A program made the translations under genes and the position numbers. The notes below the pieces were generated by a model. It made no database searches. It saw only the letters and a program-made list of their open reading frames with translations, and was not told the DNA's origin. DNA of 64,000 nt from Lama glama. Lineage: Eukaryota. Location: contig CM052842.1 in the NCBI GenBank assembly GCA_028534125.1, positions 9,858,001-9,922,000 on the forward strand, written 5' to 3'. Below, piece after piece: positions 1 through 11,949 of this stretch. Every line of letters begins with the position of its first letter. Position 1 is the stretch's first letter.

Positions 1-107
1 CAATGGCAGCTTCTTCTGTGTCCACGTTGATTCACAGCACAGAGCATAGTGCTTAGTGAATGGAATCACCTCAGTACATTTTGATTAATGAGCAAATGAA
101 TAAGTAA
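1..107 (+). mobile_element. L2 LINE 3' end fragment
   Basis: Degenerate match to the L2 tail (agcacagtgcct...ctcaataaat...tgaatgaatgaa): gcacagagcatagtgcttagtgaatggaatcacctcagtacattttgattaatgagcaaatgaataa. Confidence 0.55.
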
Positions 108-984
108 GTGGTCAGCAAGGATACAGACAATTGAAATAAGTCAACCTATAGCAATTTGGTTTCTACTGAGTACAAGGCATTGTATCCCTGCCTTTAGTTA
201 GAATCACATTATCCAGTAAATGTCATAGGGAAAGTAGGTAGAGGAGAAATTGTCAAATGAAAATCCATGCAGCTTTTGTTGTACCCCCAATAACCCCAGA
301 CTATTTGGATTGAGCCCAATTAATAATATTCCCCAAAAGTGAATATCCGAAAGGAACATGCACACCAATATCACTCCTGAGATATTAACCATTTTAAAGC
401 CCAGGGTCCAACAGCATCTCTGAAGGACTTTTCCCCACCCTCAAAAGAAAAAGAGAAAGCAGAAGCAACTGCCTTCTTCCTCTGGAGACAGTATGTATAT
501 GTTTTAAAATAATGTGGGTCATTTTCACAAGTACCTTTGACTCACGCAGTGTGTCATCCGGACATGTATTTCTGCCGGGGCCTGCCCCGTTTCCCCTTGG
601 ATGGGGAAGGCGCACTCTAGCCAGGGGGACCAAGTCCTGAAGAGGAGGTCAGTCTGGTCTAGGGTAATCTCCTCCAAACCAGAAGCCCAAGGACTAGAGC
701 TAGAAGGGGTGGCCAGGCAGGAAAGCTAGAAGGTCAGGAGACTTCTCAGCCGCTTCCAAATTCAGTAGGCACCTGGACTCCTTGACCATCACCCAGACAG
801 AAAAGTTGTGGAGAAACAACGGAGATGGGAGGAAGTGTTCCTCCCTTTGCCAACGTTTTACTCTCCTCATGCAAGTGTGGTGAACACTCAGGTCACAGAA
901 CCTTCGTGGTGCTGGCGAGGAAGTCTGTATGTCTGAGTGTGCACGTTTCACATCCCTGTTACAATGTCTGGGCAGGTACACAGG

Positions 985-1135
985 AGACTTCTCACTGTGG
1001 TTATCTATGGAGACACCAGTGGGGTTGGATGGTGACCAAAGGAATTGTCGTTTACTCCAGATTCTCCTGCATGGTTTGATTTTTTTCTGCCACAAACACG
1101 TATCAATTTTGAAATTAAAGAAAATAATAATAAAT
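985..1135 (+). mobile_element. Ancient L1ME-type 3' UTR end
   Basis: gtggttatctatgga...gtttgatttttt...caattttgaaattaaagaaaa followed by an A-rich tail, as in L1ME 3' ends. Confidence 0.4.
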
Positions 1136-1344
1136 TGGTCAAATGAGGATAAAGGTGGGTTTGGTCCAATTGGACCTCAGAGGCTTGCTTTCTCCCCAGC
1201 AGCTCTGATATTCTGTTCTGTTTTGCCCACCCCAGTCAAGGGAGCCTCAGGGGGCACAGATTCCCTTGTCTTTCAACCTTTGCCGGCTCACTCAGGAGGG
1301 GATGCGGGGCTCACAGGAAAGAGAAGATGCTAACTAAAAGTGGT

Positions 1345-1525
1345 CCCCACACTGGGCTGAGCTTTTCACTTACATGCTTTCATTTCAATCCTCCTAAAAC
1401 CACCCCAACACATGTACTACTGGCTGCATTTTGAGGGTAAGAAAATAAAGATCAGAGAATTCAGGAATCTGCTGAGAGCCACACAGTGATGGGGCAGGAA
1501 TTAGAACTCAGATCATCTGCTAGGC
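1345..1525 (-). mobile_element. MIR SINE
   Basis: Antisense MIR core: catttcaatcctcctaaaaccacc...cattttgagggtaagaaaataaagatcagaga...ttagaactcag. Confidence 0.7.
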
Positions 1526-2074
1526 TTCCAAGCTCCTGCTCTTGTAATATGCTTGGCACTAACAACCACAGTTCCTCGGCTCCGCCTCGGAGCCCTGGCC
1601 AGTGACATCGTTGCTGGACCAGTCCTCCCCACTCACTCACCCTCAGGCCAGAAGTCACTCTTTCCAGATGAGTTGAGAAGGAAAATGCAAAGCTCATGCA
1701 TTTTAACACCCCTGGGGCTCAGTGGTGTAGAGTAGGTGTGATCAGCAACTTCTCACAACCAAAGTACAAGGCTTATTCTTGGACTTCCTCATCGATGATG
1801 GTGTGATTTGAATGCTCAGGCTTCTCATCCACCTGTCTGCTCCAATAATAAGTTCACTCACGTCCAAAAAAAAAGATAAAACATAACTAGAGGATAGTGG
1901 AGACATGACCAGTATGAAAATGTTTGGGGGGCTTTTAGTCAAAGTTGGTCCAGAATGAGTCAGCAGGGAGATGTGGATGACAGGAGAACAAATTTGAACT
2001 TTAGCAACACTGAAGGGACTCGGGGCCAAGAATGGAGAAAGTCACCAACCCCTTTATGTGGCATCAGAGCAAGC

Positions 2075-2340
2075 TTCGTAGTCTCCCTGAGCCTCCGTTT
2101 CCTCGGTGGTGGAATGGAGCTCAGGATGAGGAACACACAAGTGAGATGCTGAGCTGAGGTCCTGGCGCATGGCAAGCACTCCAGAAACAGAGCCACAGCC
2201 CTAAGAGAAGGCACGATGAGTCCCCTGATTTTACAATTACGAGACCAAGGTAACCAATCTCTCAAGTGGCAGCAAATGACTAAAACCAGGTCTGCCCAAT
2301 TCTGAAGTCCATTTTCATAACCACTAACTATACTTCCTCC
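2075..2340. mobile_element. Two MIR fragments (+ 2075-2185, - 2220-2340)
   Basis: ctccctgagcctccgtttcctc (sense core); then ccctgattttacaat...aaaccaggtctgcccaattctgaagtcc...aaccactaactatact (antisense head). Confidence 0.5.
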
Positions 2341-2344
2341 CCCA

Positions 2345-2722
2345 ACAGAAAATTTAGAACAAGAAGAAAATCCCCATAATCTCATGACCCAAGAGATAAA
2401 CACCTTTACCCTTTTACATACTTCAGATTTCTTTCCACACGTACAGACATATTATCGTTCAAAGTTGGGGATCATACATTACATTCTGTTTTACAACCTG
2501 CTTTTCACATTTGCCAGTGCATATTATGACCATATTTCTAGGTCAATAAACATTTATCCCTCTAGTCATTCTTGATGGCTATTCAGTGTTGCTCATATGG
2601 ACTGTGAATACTCTGTAACCTACTCAACCAATCCGCCATCATGGCTTATTTAAGTGGTTACACTGAGCTTTTCACAAAAGGAATCAATGCTGCGGTGAAC
2701 ACCCTCATTGCTAAGTCTTTCT
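2345..2722 (-). mobile_element. Ancient L1ME 3' UTR fragment
   Basis: Antisense L1ME motifs: aatccccataatctc...ggatcatacattacattctgttttacaacctgcttttcac...aatgctgcggtgaacaccctc. Confidence 0.7.
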
Positions 2723-2944
2723 CTTAGCTGTTATTATTAAGGATGTATAACAGCACTCAGGCTGGTTCTAGGCTAGCAATTGGGTAGATAATGAGGCTTT
2801 AAGCCCCATTCCATGAGAAAAGTATCAGGACTGACTGGTAGCCAACTACCCAGAGAAGTGAGACCCCAGAGGCAGAGTGGGGGCAGGATGACTATCTTCA
2901 GATGGCTGGGGAGGTGCCTTTGGCACCCTGACTAGACTTTCCCT

Positions 2945-3190
2945 AATGGTCTTGAGTAAGTAGGAACACGGGGCAGTAGGATTCTGCTGAATGTGTAAAA
3001 GCACTTGCCCACAAACTTAATTGTCAAAGGACATATTAATTAACCTTGTCTCAAGAGATGATAAGTTGCCCAAAATGTAAGCAGCTCAATTTCATGTTGG
3101 CTCCCCCCGATTCTTCAGGGAAGTTATGGAAGGAAGTAATCAGTCCTCATCTTAGGATTGCCTAAATTTTGAACATCTAAACTCTCTCTC
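2945..3190 (+). mobile_element. L3/CR1 LINE 3' fragment (tentative)
   Basis: ccttgtctcaagagatgataagttgccc...aagcagctcaa resembles the CR1/L3 3' region (gaggtagtgagctccccgtcactggaggtgttcaagc); heavily diverged. Confidence 0.35.
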
Positions 3191-3269
3191 TCAATGAAAA
3201 AAGAAAATCGACATTAGACCAAAACATAAAATAAATCAATTCTGTCTCTGACTTACCGACTTGCAATTA

Positions 3270-3495
3270 AAGTTGGGAACCTGTTGAAAACCAGGCACTT
3301 TGCAAACATCACGTTGTGTAATTCACAGGTACCCTGATAAGGAACCCAGTGCAGGGACAGAAATGAACTTACTTCACTGAACACAAGTGGTAAGTCCTGG
3401 GAATTCAAACCTAGATTTTTCCACTACCCACACCCCTGCAGTCAGTATAGTGATGAAAAGCATGGCTTTTGGAAGAAAACAGACTTAGGCTCAAG
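3270..3495. mobile_element. MIR fragments (- 3270-3430, + 3440-3495)
   Basis: ccaggcactttgcaaacatc...gtggtaagtcctgggaattcaaacctag; gtatagtgatgaaaagcatggctttt (MIR head). Confidence 0.55.
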
Positions 3496-3639
3496 AGTGT
3501 TCCTTCATTTAATGTTAAACTTCGCATACTTTGTTCAATAATGTATTAATTCTTCTCTAAAATGAGCCCATCTGTGTTATCCATGAAGACCTTTGAGCTC
3601 CCTGGCTTCCAGAGACGAAGTCTGGAACATACTCATATA

Positions 3640-4190
3640 CTTCATTCATTCATTCACCGCTGGCCCTGGACTAGGTGCCATGACTATAATGAATGACCAC
3701 GACAGTGGTGGAGTCTGACCTAATGGAGCTTCCAGCTTCGTGGAGAAGACAGACCCTAACATGTGACAGTAGTCAACGGGGGGGAGGCTACTAGAGGGAA
3801 AAGGAAAGATGCTATGGGAGTGCAGAGCAGGTCCCCCGCTTTGTCAAGGGGGGGAAGGAAAGCTTCTTCCCTGTGTGAAATCTAAGCTGAGCATTACAGG
3901 AAGAGGAGGTGGGAACAGAAAGCGAGGTACTGGATGAGCAGAATTACTTAAGGGTTAAGCCAGAGGGAGGGAGAGGTCATGGTAAGGCTGGGAAGTCCAG
4001 CAGTGGACCCTGTAAGTACAATCAGCCTTCACCCTGAGGGTAGGGTTCCAGCCAAGAAGTGATATGAAGAGACTGGCATTTAGAGAGCTCATCTGGATAC
4101 CTGAGTGGATTAAGGGGGCCAGTCTGGAGGCAGAGACTTCAGGGACCCTGGCAAGAGTGCGGCAATGGAACACAGAAAGTGGCTGGGATG
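3640..4190 (-). mobile_element. L2 LINE 3' region
   Basis: Starts with a (TTCA)n tail, then ctaggtgcc...atggagcttccagcttcgtggagaagacagac...gatgctatgggagtgcagagcagg...ctggaggcagagac. Confidence 0.75.
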
Positions 4191-4564
4191 GGAAAACTCT
4201 TAGGAGCTCTGCCCGCCAAGCGTATCCACTCTGAATGTGTCTCCAGAGTATCTGGGTGAACGGCGTTTCCTTTCTGGAGTCTGTGTGGAACTTAACCTGG
4301 TAGTTCCCACTAGGAGGTTAAAAAGCCAAACCAAGGAAGATTTTGGTGTCACACTCCTTTATCTGCCTTCTTTGGTGCCCCAGGCTTAAAGCAGAGCCGT
4401 TCGGAAGACTCCCTTGGTAAGCGGAGCAGAATTTGTCTATCTCTGGCCCTTAAGTATACCTCCCAGAGCCTCAGCCTCAAGCCAGTGCCAGGGATGGGGG
4501 GGGGTGGGTAGGGGAGCTGGAAGAGTCAGGAGAACCAGTTCTTAATAATAATAGGTCGTCTTCA

Positions 4565-4785
4565 AATAATAACAGCTCTGGTCTACAGAGCACTTTCACA
4601 GACATTATCTCATTTGATTCTCACAGTAAATGGGGAGTTGGGGGAGGAGGGAACCAGGGCAATTAGCATCAGCCCCACCCTTTCTAATAGGACCGCCAGT
4701 GGCTCAGAGAGGTTAAGTGCTTTGCCCAGGATTACAGAACCAACCAGTGAGTTGTGGGGCTGGGAATGCAAGTTTTATGACTCTC
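4565..4785 (-). mobile_element. MIR SINE
   Basis: agcactttcacagacattatctcatttgattctcacag...ggctcagagaggttaagtgctttgcccaggattacag. Confidence 0.8.
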
Positions 4786-5439
4786 ATTTCAGTGCTTCAG
4801 CTCCCTCCCTCAGAGCTATTTTTTTGGAAAGTGAGAGTGAGTGGTTCTTTCTGCCTACGGAGAAGGATTTTGCCTGTGTGCCCATTAACATAAAGCAGGC
4901 ACTCCACACAAGAGTCGGGAGGCTGGACGGATGAGTCCTTCAGCAGAGTCCAAAAGCGCATCTCCAAGTCAGAAAGCAAAAGCGAATTCCACAAAGAGCC
5001 CCACCAACTTCGAATAGGGACCTTCAGGTCAGGGGTACCTGCTCCTGTGCCTGTTCATGTCACTAAAGAGTCAATATGAAGATAGATGTGAGGCTCAGGG
5101 TCTGGACAACTCGGTGAAATCCACAGAGCAGAAACCAGCTCACATGGCCCTGCCAGCCCCAGGGTCTGGTGGCTGACCAGGAAGCTGGGAAGCTTCCTGT
5201 TTGGGAGCCACTGAACTATGTCCCTCCCACCCTAGAGAACCACAGAAAGGAGTTTGGCAAGGGCGATCCACAACATCCACCCTGGAAGGGTGGAGGGAAC
5301 GGCCTCCCGGGATCCCGCCGGGGACCCACAGCAAAACGGCCCTGTCGACAGCATCCGAAAATGGGGCAAATCAGGGCACATGGACGTCAAACCACAGGCA
5401 CCCTGGGAACTTCCTGCACACCTACTTACCCCCAGTCCT

Positions 5440-5610
5440 ACACAAAGCCCTTTATGCTTAACCCCATTCAATCCTTCCAACACTCCTGCATTATGTTGAG
5501 GAAACTGAAGCCCAGAGTGGAATAGCTCTCTGTTCAAGGTCACACGGCAAGGGAACTGTAAAACAGATTTGGGGGGAGGTCTAGAAGCTCAGAGCCCAGG
5601 TCCTTTCCAG
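5440..5610 (-). mobile_element. MIR SINE
   Basis: cattcaatccttccaacac...gaggaaactgaagcccagag...ttcaaggtcacacggcaag. Confidence 0.7.
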
Positions 5611-6189
5611 TCCCCACAAAGCCTTGTGAGTTTGTGTGCTTAAAATAGCATGGCGGGGAGAGGAGAGGAAGGGGATGTGGAGAAGGGTGGAAATTGTGTC
5701 TTAAGCCACCACCCTGACTCACTCCCCTTAATAAGCATCTAATGACAGCTGAAGTGTCTGCCTTGAGGGGAGCGAGGTTTCTAGAACAGTACGGCGGAGG
5801 GGAATCCAGACTGGCAGTGACTGGGGCATGAGTCAGCATGGCGACTTCCAGGTCAAAGAGGAAGACTTAATTAACAGCAGCCCCAGATGCCAAAGGAACA
5901 GTGTCAAGGCTATCTGACAAGCCTGGGACCCAAAGGGACGACATTTTGATTCCCTGCTTCCATCTCCAGCCTTATTTCAAACTGCTCTCTAAGATGCAAA
6001 CTATTGCAACCAAGGCTTCCTCCAAGTCACCAATAAAAGGACCTACATGCAGACTCCTGTCTTTGCTCCTGAAACGGTCTCCACTGGGCAGGTTCTTGCC
6101 CTCTTCTCTGCCTCTCTGGCTCTGACCCACGCTTCAAAGCCAAGCCCAAATCTCTCTTTCCGTGAGATCTATGTGACCTAGGCTGTTCG

Positions 6190-6480
6190 CTCATGGATTC
6201 ATTGAATCATTCATTTACATGGCATCTGTTAGGCACCGGCAGTTCCTGGGCACTGTGGATGATACTAGGATGCACTGATAGAAGACTGTCACTGCCCTCA
6301 TCACCTAATGGGAAGGGGAAACATGTGGCAATAGAGGGTAATAAGGATGACAGTAAGAGCTTGGAGGACGCTTCAGTGGTACAGAAGTGCTGAACTTTTC
6401 TGAGCTATGAAGGGGGTCAGGGAGTCTTCCAGAAAGAGACGGCACCCTAGAGATGTTTTGAATGATGGGTGAGATAAATG
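6190..6480 (-). mobile_element. L2 LINE 3' region
   Basis: ttcattgaatcattcattt...ctgggcactgtggatgatac...ctgccctcatcacctaatgggaagggg...gggtcagggagtcttccagaaagag. Confidence 0.7.
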
Positions 6481-6494
6481 AAAAGCTGTTTACT

Positions 6495-6810
6495 CTGACT
6501 CCAGAGACCTGGGTTCTGGCCAACACTCCACCTCTGTCTGTGCTGACCTGGAGCAAGTCATCTCACGTCTTTGGACCTCATGAAGGGGTCGGACTGGCAC
6601 AGTGGCCCGTGTCTCACTTGCATGAGCTCTGATCTCCATATTAACTGACCGCCTAATTATTGCTCATCTCACATCTTGCATCTCCAAGCCTCTATTTCCT
6701 TGTATGTAAAATGGAGATGCTAATAACCAAACCCTGGGACTACAGAAAATTCAACAGAAGAATGTATGGGAAAATGCTCCAGAAATGTTAATGTGCCGAG
6801 TGCTGGGAGA
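6495..6810 (+). mobile_element. MIR SINE fragments
   Basis: agagacctgggttctggcc...tgacctggagcaagtcatctcac; aagcctctatttccttgtatgtaaaatggagatgctaata. Confidence 0.65.
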
Positions 6811-7254
6811 GATTGCGTGGCTGTTGGTCGGTTCTCCATTCGATGTTTGTCTCTGTCTTCTTCAGCGGGTCTAGTCCAAGGGCGGACACACCATATAAGC
6901 GTCATAATGCTTGCTTGATTTTTATACACATACACACACACACAGACAATCATTATCCCTCAGTCTCCAAATATGTTCCTCCTTCATTCCTATCAAAACA
7001 CTGACCCCCTCTGTCCAAAGCTCACTCCACCCAAATCCCCAGCAGCATCGATCCCACCATAGGACACTTGAATTCATCCCTTCCTTTCAGTGTTAAACAA
7101 CGGGCCCTCCTCTCTGTTCCTCGCCACGACGCAGCCACCTACCTACCATGTGTGAGCACCATTTGGGGGTCCTACCTTCTGAGTGTCCCCTGTGGCATCT
7201 TCAAACTTCTGTTCTTAACGATGTAAATGGTCAGTGAGGCTACCATGAGAGTCC

Positions 7255-7605
7255 CAACCACTTACTGAGTGCCTGCTCTTGGTCAGGCTCCGTGATAGCC
7301 TCCCACAGACGTTCACAACAACTCTATGAGGCTGGGATTATGATTCTCACTTTACTAACAGTAACTACAGTCACAAAGTGAGCGCTGAATATGGGCCAGG
7401 CACTGTAGCAAGTGCTTTACAAGTGTAAACTCATTCACTCTTTGCTACAAGTTGCTGAGCATTATTTTGTTAGCTTCATTTTACAGGAAAGGTTACCAAG
7501 GCACAGAGAGGTTAAGTAACCTACTAAAAGTCACAAGCTGAGCAACCGAGGAGCTGGGATCCAAACCTGGGATCGTCTGATGCAAAGTCCCTCTATAACA
7601 TTGCC
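7255..7605 (-). mobile_element. Two tandem MIR SINEs
   Basis: cttactgagtgcctgct...tcacaacaactctatgagg; ccaggcactgtagcaagtgctttac...ggcacagagaggttaagtaacct. Confidence 0.8.
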
Positions 7606-8043
7606 AGTTAGACAAGACCTAAGAGTGACCTAAAGTCAGGGGGTTTGGAATAACAAAATAGACATTGTTCTTGTGTCACACTGAAGGGTGGAGCTTATCT
7701 GGGGACTGCTGTCTCTCTGGGGTCTGATTTTACCACTGCTTTGGCTTCAAGGCCACCTCTAAGGGGTCTTTTGTTTCTTTGTCAGAAGCTGCTAATTTCA
7801 GAGAGTTACAAAAGAGAGGAAGCGGATGTGCCCCACTCGCCTCTCTCTGCAGCCCAGCTGGACACCACTCCACACTCCACTTGTGTGGCCTCTGATTGCA
7901 GAAAGGCCGTAAGTCAATTTCAAAGGCACATGACAACCTCAGCCCCTTATCAAATGCTGAGTAAGAGTCACCATAACAAATAGCTTAGAAAAAAAGTATA
8001 TTTTATAAACTAATATTAGAGGAATCCTTAAAATGACAGACTT

Positions 8044-8410
8044 TGCTAGCAGTTTACCAAAAATCTGTTTCCTCATCTCCCTGGGTGCACAGACGGACTA
8101 CATTTCCCAGTTTTCTTTGCAGTTGGTTGAGGTCATGTGACTAACGTCTAGCCAATAGGAACTGAACAAATAGGATATGCCCCACTTCCTGATCTGGCCC
8201 CTAAGAACCTTCCTTGGATGCTCTCCTCCAGACTTTTTGCTTCCAAGTGACTTGGATAGTTGATCAGATGATTTTGGAAGTCAGGGGATGCACGTGGCAT
8301 AGGTGCCATCAATCAGAGTCTGATTGCCTACGTGGAGCGAATTTTCCAGCTGTCACTCCTGGGAACCACCCTGACACCTACACAAATCCTATACTTCTTA
8401 AAATGTAGTA
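8044..8410 (+). mobile_element. MaLR LTR, MLT1I/J-like
   Basis: gactacatttcccagttttctttgcagttggttgaggtcatgtgactaacgtctagccaatagg...ccacttcctgatctggcccctaagaacc. Confidence 0.7.
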
Positions 8411-8550
8411 TAATTACTTGTTCATGAGTATCTTTACTCAGTAGAATACAAACTCACTGGGTACAGTCCTACTTAGGTCCTCACTGACTAGTAATGCACC
8501 TGGCAAAAAGTGGTACCCAAGAATGGTTTACTGAGTCATCAATGTCAGTT
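8410..8550 (+). mobile_element. L2 3' end
   Basis: tagaatacaaactcactggg...gcacctggcaaaaagtggtacccaagaatggtttactgagt. Confidence 0.55.
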
Positions 8551-8864
8551 GACTGTATTAAATTCATGAGCTGCTTCTCATTTTTTGTTTATTCTTCATT
8601 GGTTTATGTTTTGTTTTGTTTTGGCATAACCCAGATTGGGGAGATATTCTTGGGAGAATAGAATACCTCTCCCATACCCACAGGCAGATGCCTAAATCTC
8701 ATCCTTCTAGTACCAGCATTTTGATGTAAAACTGTGAACTCTCCTTATATACAAAGTGCCCAAAAACAGTAATGCTTTAAGCTATTGTAAGTCATCAACA
8801 CCTCTGTATGAAAGGGAAGGGTCACTTCTGCAGAGGGCCAGAGAGAACTGAAAACCCTGGAGGT

Positions 8865-9262
8865 AGGAGACTTCCACTTCCAGCCAAATAGAAGTAACAG
8901 GGATAGAATTTGCTTTTCCACCTGAAATAAGCAAAAAGCAGACAATGAAACAGTGGTTTGCAAAACACTGGACATCAGGCAATGGGTATGATACCTGAGA
9001 GATGGTGTGGAAATAAAGAATATTGGCCAAGAAGAAAAAAGACCTGGGTTCTAGACAGTTGATCCCTGCAATTGCCCCAACTTACTGCCTGGAGAAGATT
9101 TCTAGGCTTCAGCACAGGGAGGAGGAACTCGGTCAGAGCCCAGCAGACTGAGTGAGGTGAAGAAGTGAGGCTGGGGGTCCAGTAGAACATGTAGCGAGAG
9201 CTCCCAGACCCCAGAGCCACACAGAAGAGAGCTTCACAGAGAGACAACTTCGGAAGTCTGCA
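8865..9262 (+). mobile_element. Ancient L1 5' end (L1MDa_5end-like)
   Basis: gacttccacttccagccaaatagaagtaacagggatagaattt...acactggacatcaggcaa...attgccccaacttactgcctggagaag matches the old L1M 5' UTR start as I recall it. Confidence 0.7.
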
Positions 9263-10013
9263 CTGCACACTTACTAGTATAGCTAAAATGAAAAAGAATG
9301 ACCCTAGCAAGGATTCGCAAGGATGCAGAGGAACCAGAACTCTTCTCCAGGCTGGTGGACACGTAACATGGTACAAACACTTTGGAAAACAATTTGGCAG
9401 CTTTTCGAAAAGTTAACTTATAACTGCTCTGTGACCCAGCCCTTCCACTCCTAGGTATTTTCACAAGAAAACTGAAAGCATATGTCCAGTAAAGACCTGT
9501 ACAAGGATGTTCGTAGCAGCTTTGTCTGAGATAACAAAATGTTGGAAACTAGCCCATATGTGCATCAACAAGTAAATGGGTACGCAAACTGTGATTCCAT
9601 CCAATGGAATACCACAGAGCCATAAAAAGGAACAGATGATTTATATATGTTACAATATGGATGAATCTCAAAAGAATTATCCTGGTCGAAATAAGTCACA
9701 CTCACAAATGAGCGTATCATGATTAACTCCATTCATAGAAAATTCTAGTAGATGAAAACTAATGGACAGCAACAGAAAGCAGATCGTTGGTTGCCATAGG
9801 GATTAGTGGGGATGGAGGGGGCACCCAGGGAGGGGCTGGAGGAAGATTATACAGGGACATGAGAAGACTTTTGGGGTGATAGATATCTTCATTAATCTTC
9901 ATTATCTTGGTTGTAGAGATGTGTACATGGATGGATGTATCTATGCAAAATTTATCAAACTCTATACTTTAAATATATGCAGTTTTTAATATGTCAGTTA
10001 TACATGAATAAAG

Positions 10014-10016
<3 letters not shown>
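9260..10016 (+). mobile_element. L1MC/MD-type ORF2 C-terminus plus 3' UTR
   Basis: cactgcacacttactagtatagctaaaatg...ctttggaaaacaatttggcag...gacccagcccttccactcctaggtattt...ggatgaatctcaaaagaattat...; AATAAA at 10007-10012. Confidence 0.9.

Positions 10017-10076
<60 letters not shown>
10017..10076. repeat. (TA)30 microsatellite at the L1 tail position
   Basis: Perfect TA run directly after the L1 polyA signal. Confidence 0.98.
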
Positions 10077-10079
<3 letters not shown>

Positions 10080-10374
10080 AAAACCCTGGGATTAGGGGCA
10101 TAGAGACATAAATGTCAGCAGTAATGAAAGCTCCTTAGTCGTGCATAAAATGAGCTCTGAGAGGACAGACTGGCCCTGTGATTTGGTAATCCCAAGAAAA
10201 GTCACACTCATCTTCTGGGACCTCCCCAGAGGTGGCTAATATAGAAGAAAGGAATACTAGTCAAGAAAAAAAAAAAAGACCTTGTTTCCAGCTCAGATCC
10301 TCCTTTTACACACTATGTGCCTTCACATGGAAATACCCTCATGAGTTGACTGGTCAGAAGCCAAGCTCTCATTT

Positions 10375-10800
10375 GGGGAGGCAGACGGCACAACAGAAGA
10401 GCATGAGTTTGCAACCCAGACACACCTGGATTGGTTTTTTTCCTATCTTGTCATTAAAGAGAAACGACACAAAAGGGTGTACAAAGCCTAAATGTGCAGT
10501 GATGAATTTTCACACCCTGAACCCCTTCTCCCAAGTGACCGACATCCAGGTCCAGAACCAGCATCATCCAGAGCCCAGGAGGCCTCCTTATGCTCCTTTC
10601 AATCACTACATCCACCCAGCAAACCTTGGCTGGACTCGCGCTTCCTCCCTTTCTGAGCTATGTAACGTTCGGTGCATTTTCTCATCTCTAAAGCGGAGCT
10701 AATCATGCTAATTTCACAGGTTTTGATTTCATAAAGAAGAAAGTGAAATAACACACTTAAATCACGTAGCACAAGGCCTAACATGTCAGAGGTGTTTCAT
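10375..10800 (+). mobile_element. MIR interrupted by an antisense L1M fragment (about 10455-10630)
   Basis: MIR head gagcatgagtttgcaacccagacacacctgg; L1M tacaaagcctaaatgtgcagtgatgaattttcac...cccaggaggcctccttatgctcctttcaatcact; MIR resumes at ttctcatctctaaagcggagctaatc. Confidence 0.6.
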
Positions 10801-11134
10801 ACACAGGAGCTCCCTTTCCAAGAAGAAGCTTGGAAGGGCCGGACCCCGCCAGACCCCGCTGGGTGAGTCACTTAGACTTTCTGGGCCTTTGTCTCCCATC
10901 CTGTACATTGAAGTCCCCGTAAATGCTAGATTCGACATCATATCCCTCAGGGCACCTAGCCCCGGAGGCGAGGATGAATAAGACACGGTCTTATGCTCTT
11001 TCAGAGCTCAGAATCCAGATCTCTCCATTTCTCATCAACTGTGAGCAGGAACTCAAGCTTCCACACAATAGTGGAAATAGATGTGAACGTACAAATGGGG
11101 ACACCAGTGCCCCATTCATCGGGCTGCTGGTCAC

Positions 11135-11340
11135 ACACACTATTTTAAAATAGATGGACAAGTTCCTACTGTACAGCACAGGGAACAACAGTCAATATCT
11201 TGTAGTAACCTACAATGAAAAAGAATGTGGAAAGGAATATATGTATGTACGTGTAAGATTGAAACTTTATGCTGCATGCCAGAAATTGACACAACATTGT
11301 AAACTGACTATACTTCAATTAAAAACAGAACAAAACAGAG
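11135..11340 (+). mobile_element. Young cetartiodactyl (camelid-like) L1 3' end
   Basis: caagttcctactgtacagcacagggaac...caatatcttgtagtaacctacaatgaaaaagaat...ccagaaattgacacaacattgtaaactgactatacttcaattaaaaa plus an A-rich tail. Confidence 0.9.
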
Positions 11341-11949
11341 TATCCCCTCTCAGCCTCCCAAATCAGAAAGTGTATGTCTCTCTAACACCCCGGTAGATTC
11401 TGGTGCAAACAGTCTGCAGACAACATAGGGGAACAACTGGTGAAAAAGTTCCAGTGAAATCCAGCTGAGCCCAGGACATACGTTGCAAGGAAACTATCAC
11501 TTTTTAAAATACATCTCTAAGACCGATTTGTTTCCTCTTCATTTGCCTCTTCCCCTTAAGATGTGTCAAAAACACACTCTCATTAATTGAGAATGTCCAG
11601 GTGTTTGAGCTCCAATCATGCAATTCATTGCTTCTTTCAAATTAGGGTCTGAGTTCTCCATCCCTGCAGAACTTGGGCTACTGGGAATATTTCCCTGGTT
11701 TTGAGCAGCACCTGATCTGGAAGTGACGAGCCCATCCAGGGGCCTCCTCTGAACAAACAGTCACCCAGCTTGGAGAACAAACTGTTCCATCAACTGGCAG
11801 GCTGCTGGCACTCATGACCCCTACACCTGTTGTCACAGTGCTAGTGGTAAGTGACACCCATCACTGAGGATGTCTGTAAGAACTTTCCAAAGAGTGGACC
11901 TCTACATTCAATTTTCAGCCATGATTTGAAAACTAAAGACTGATGAATA

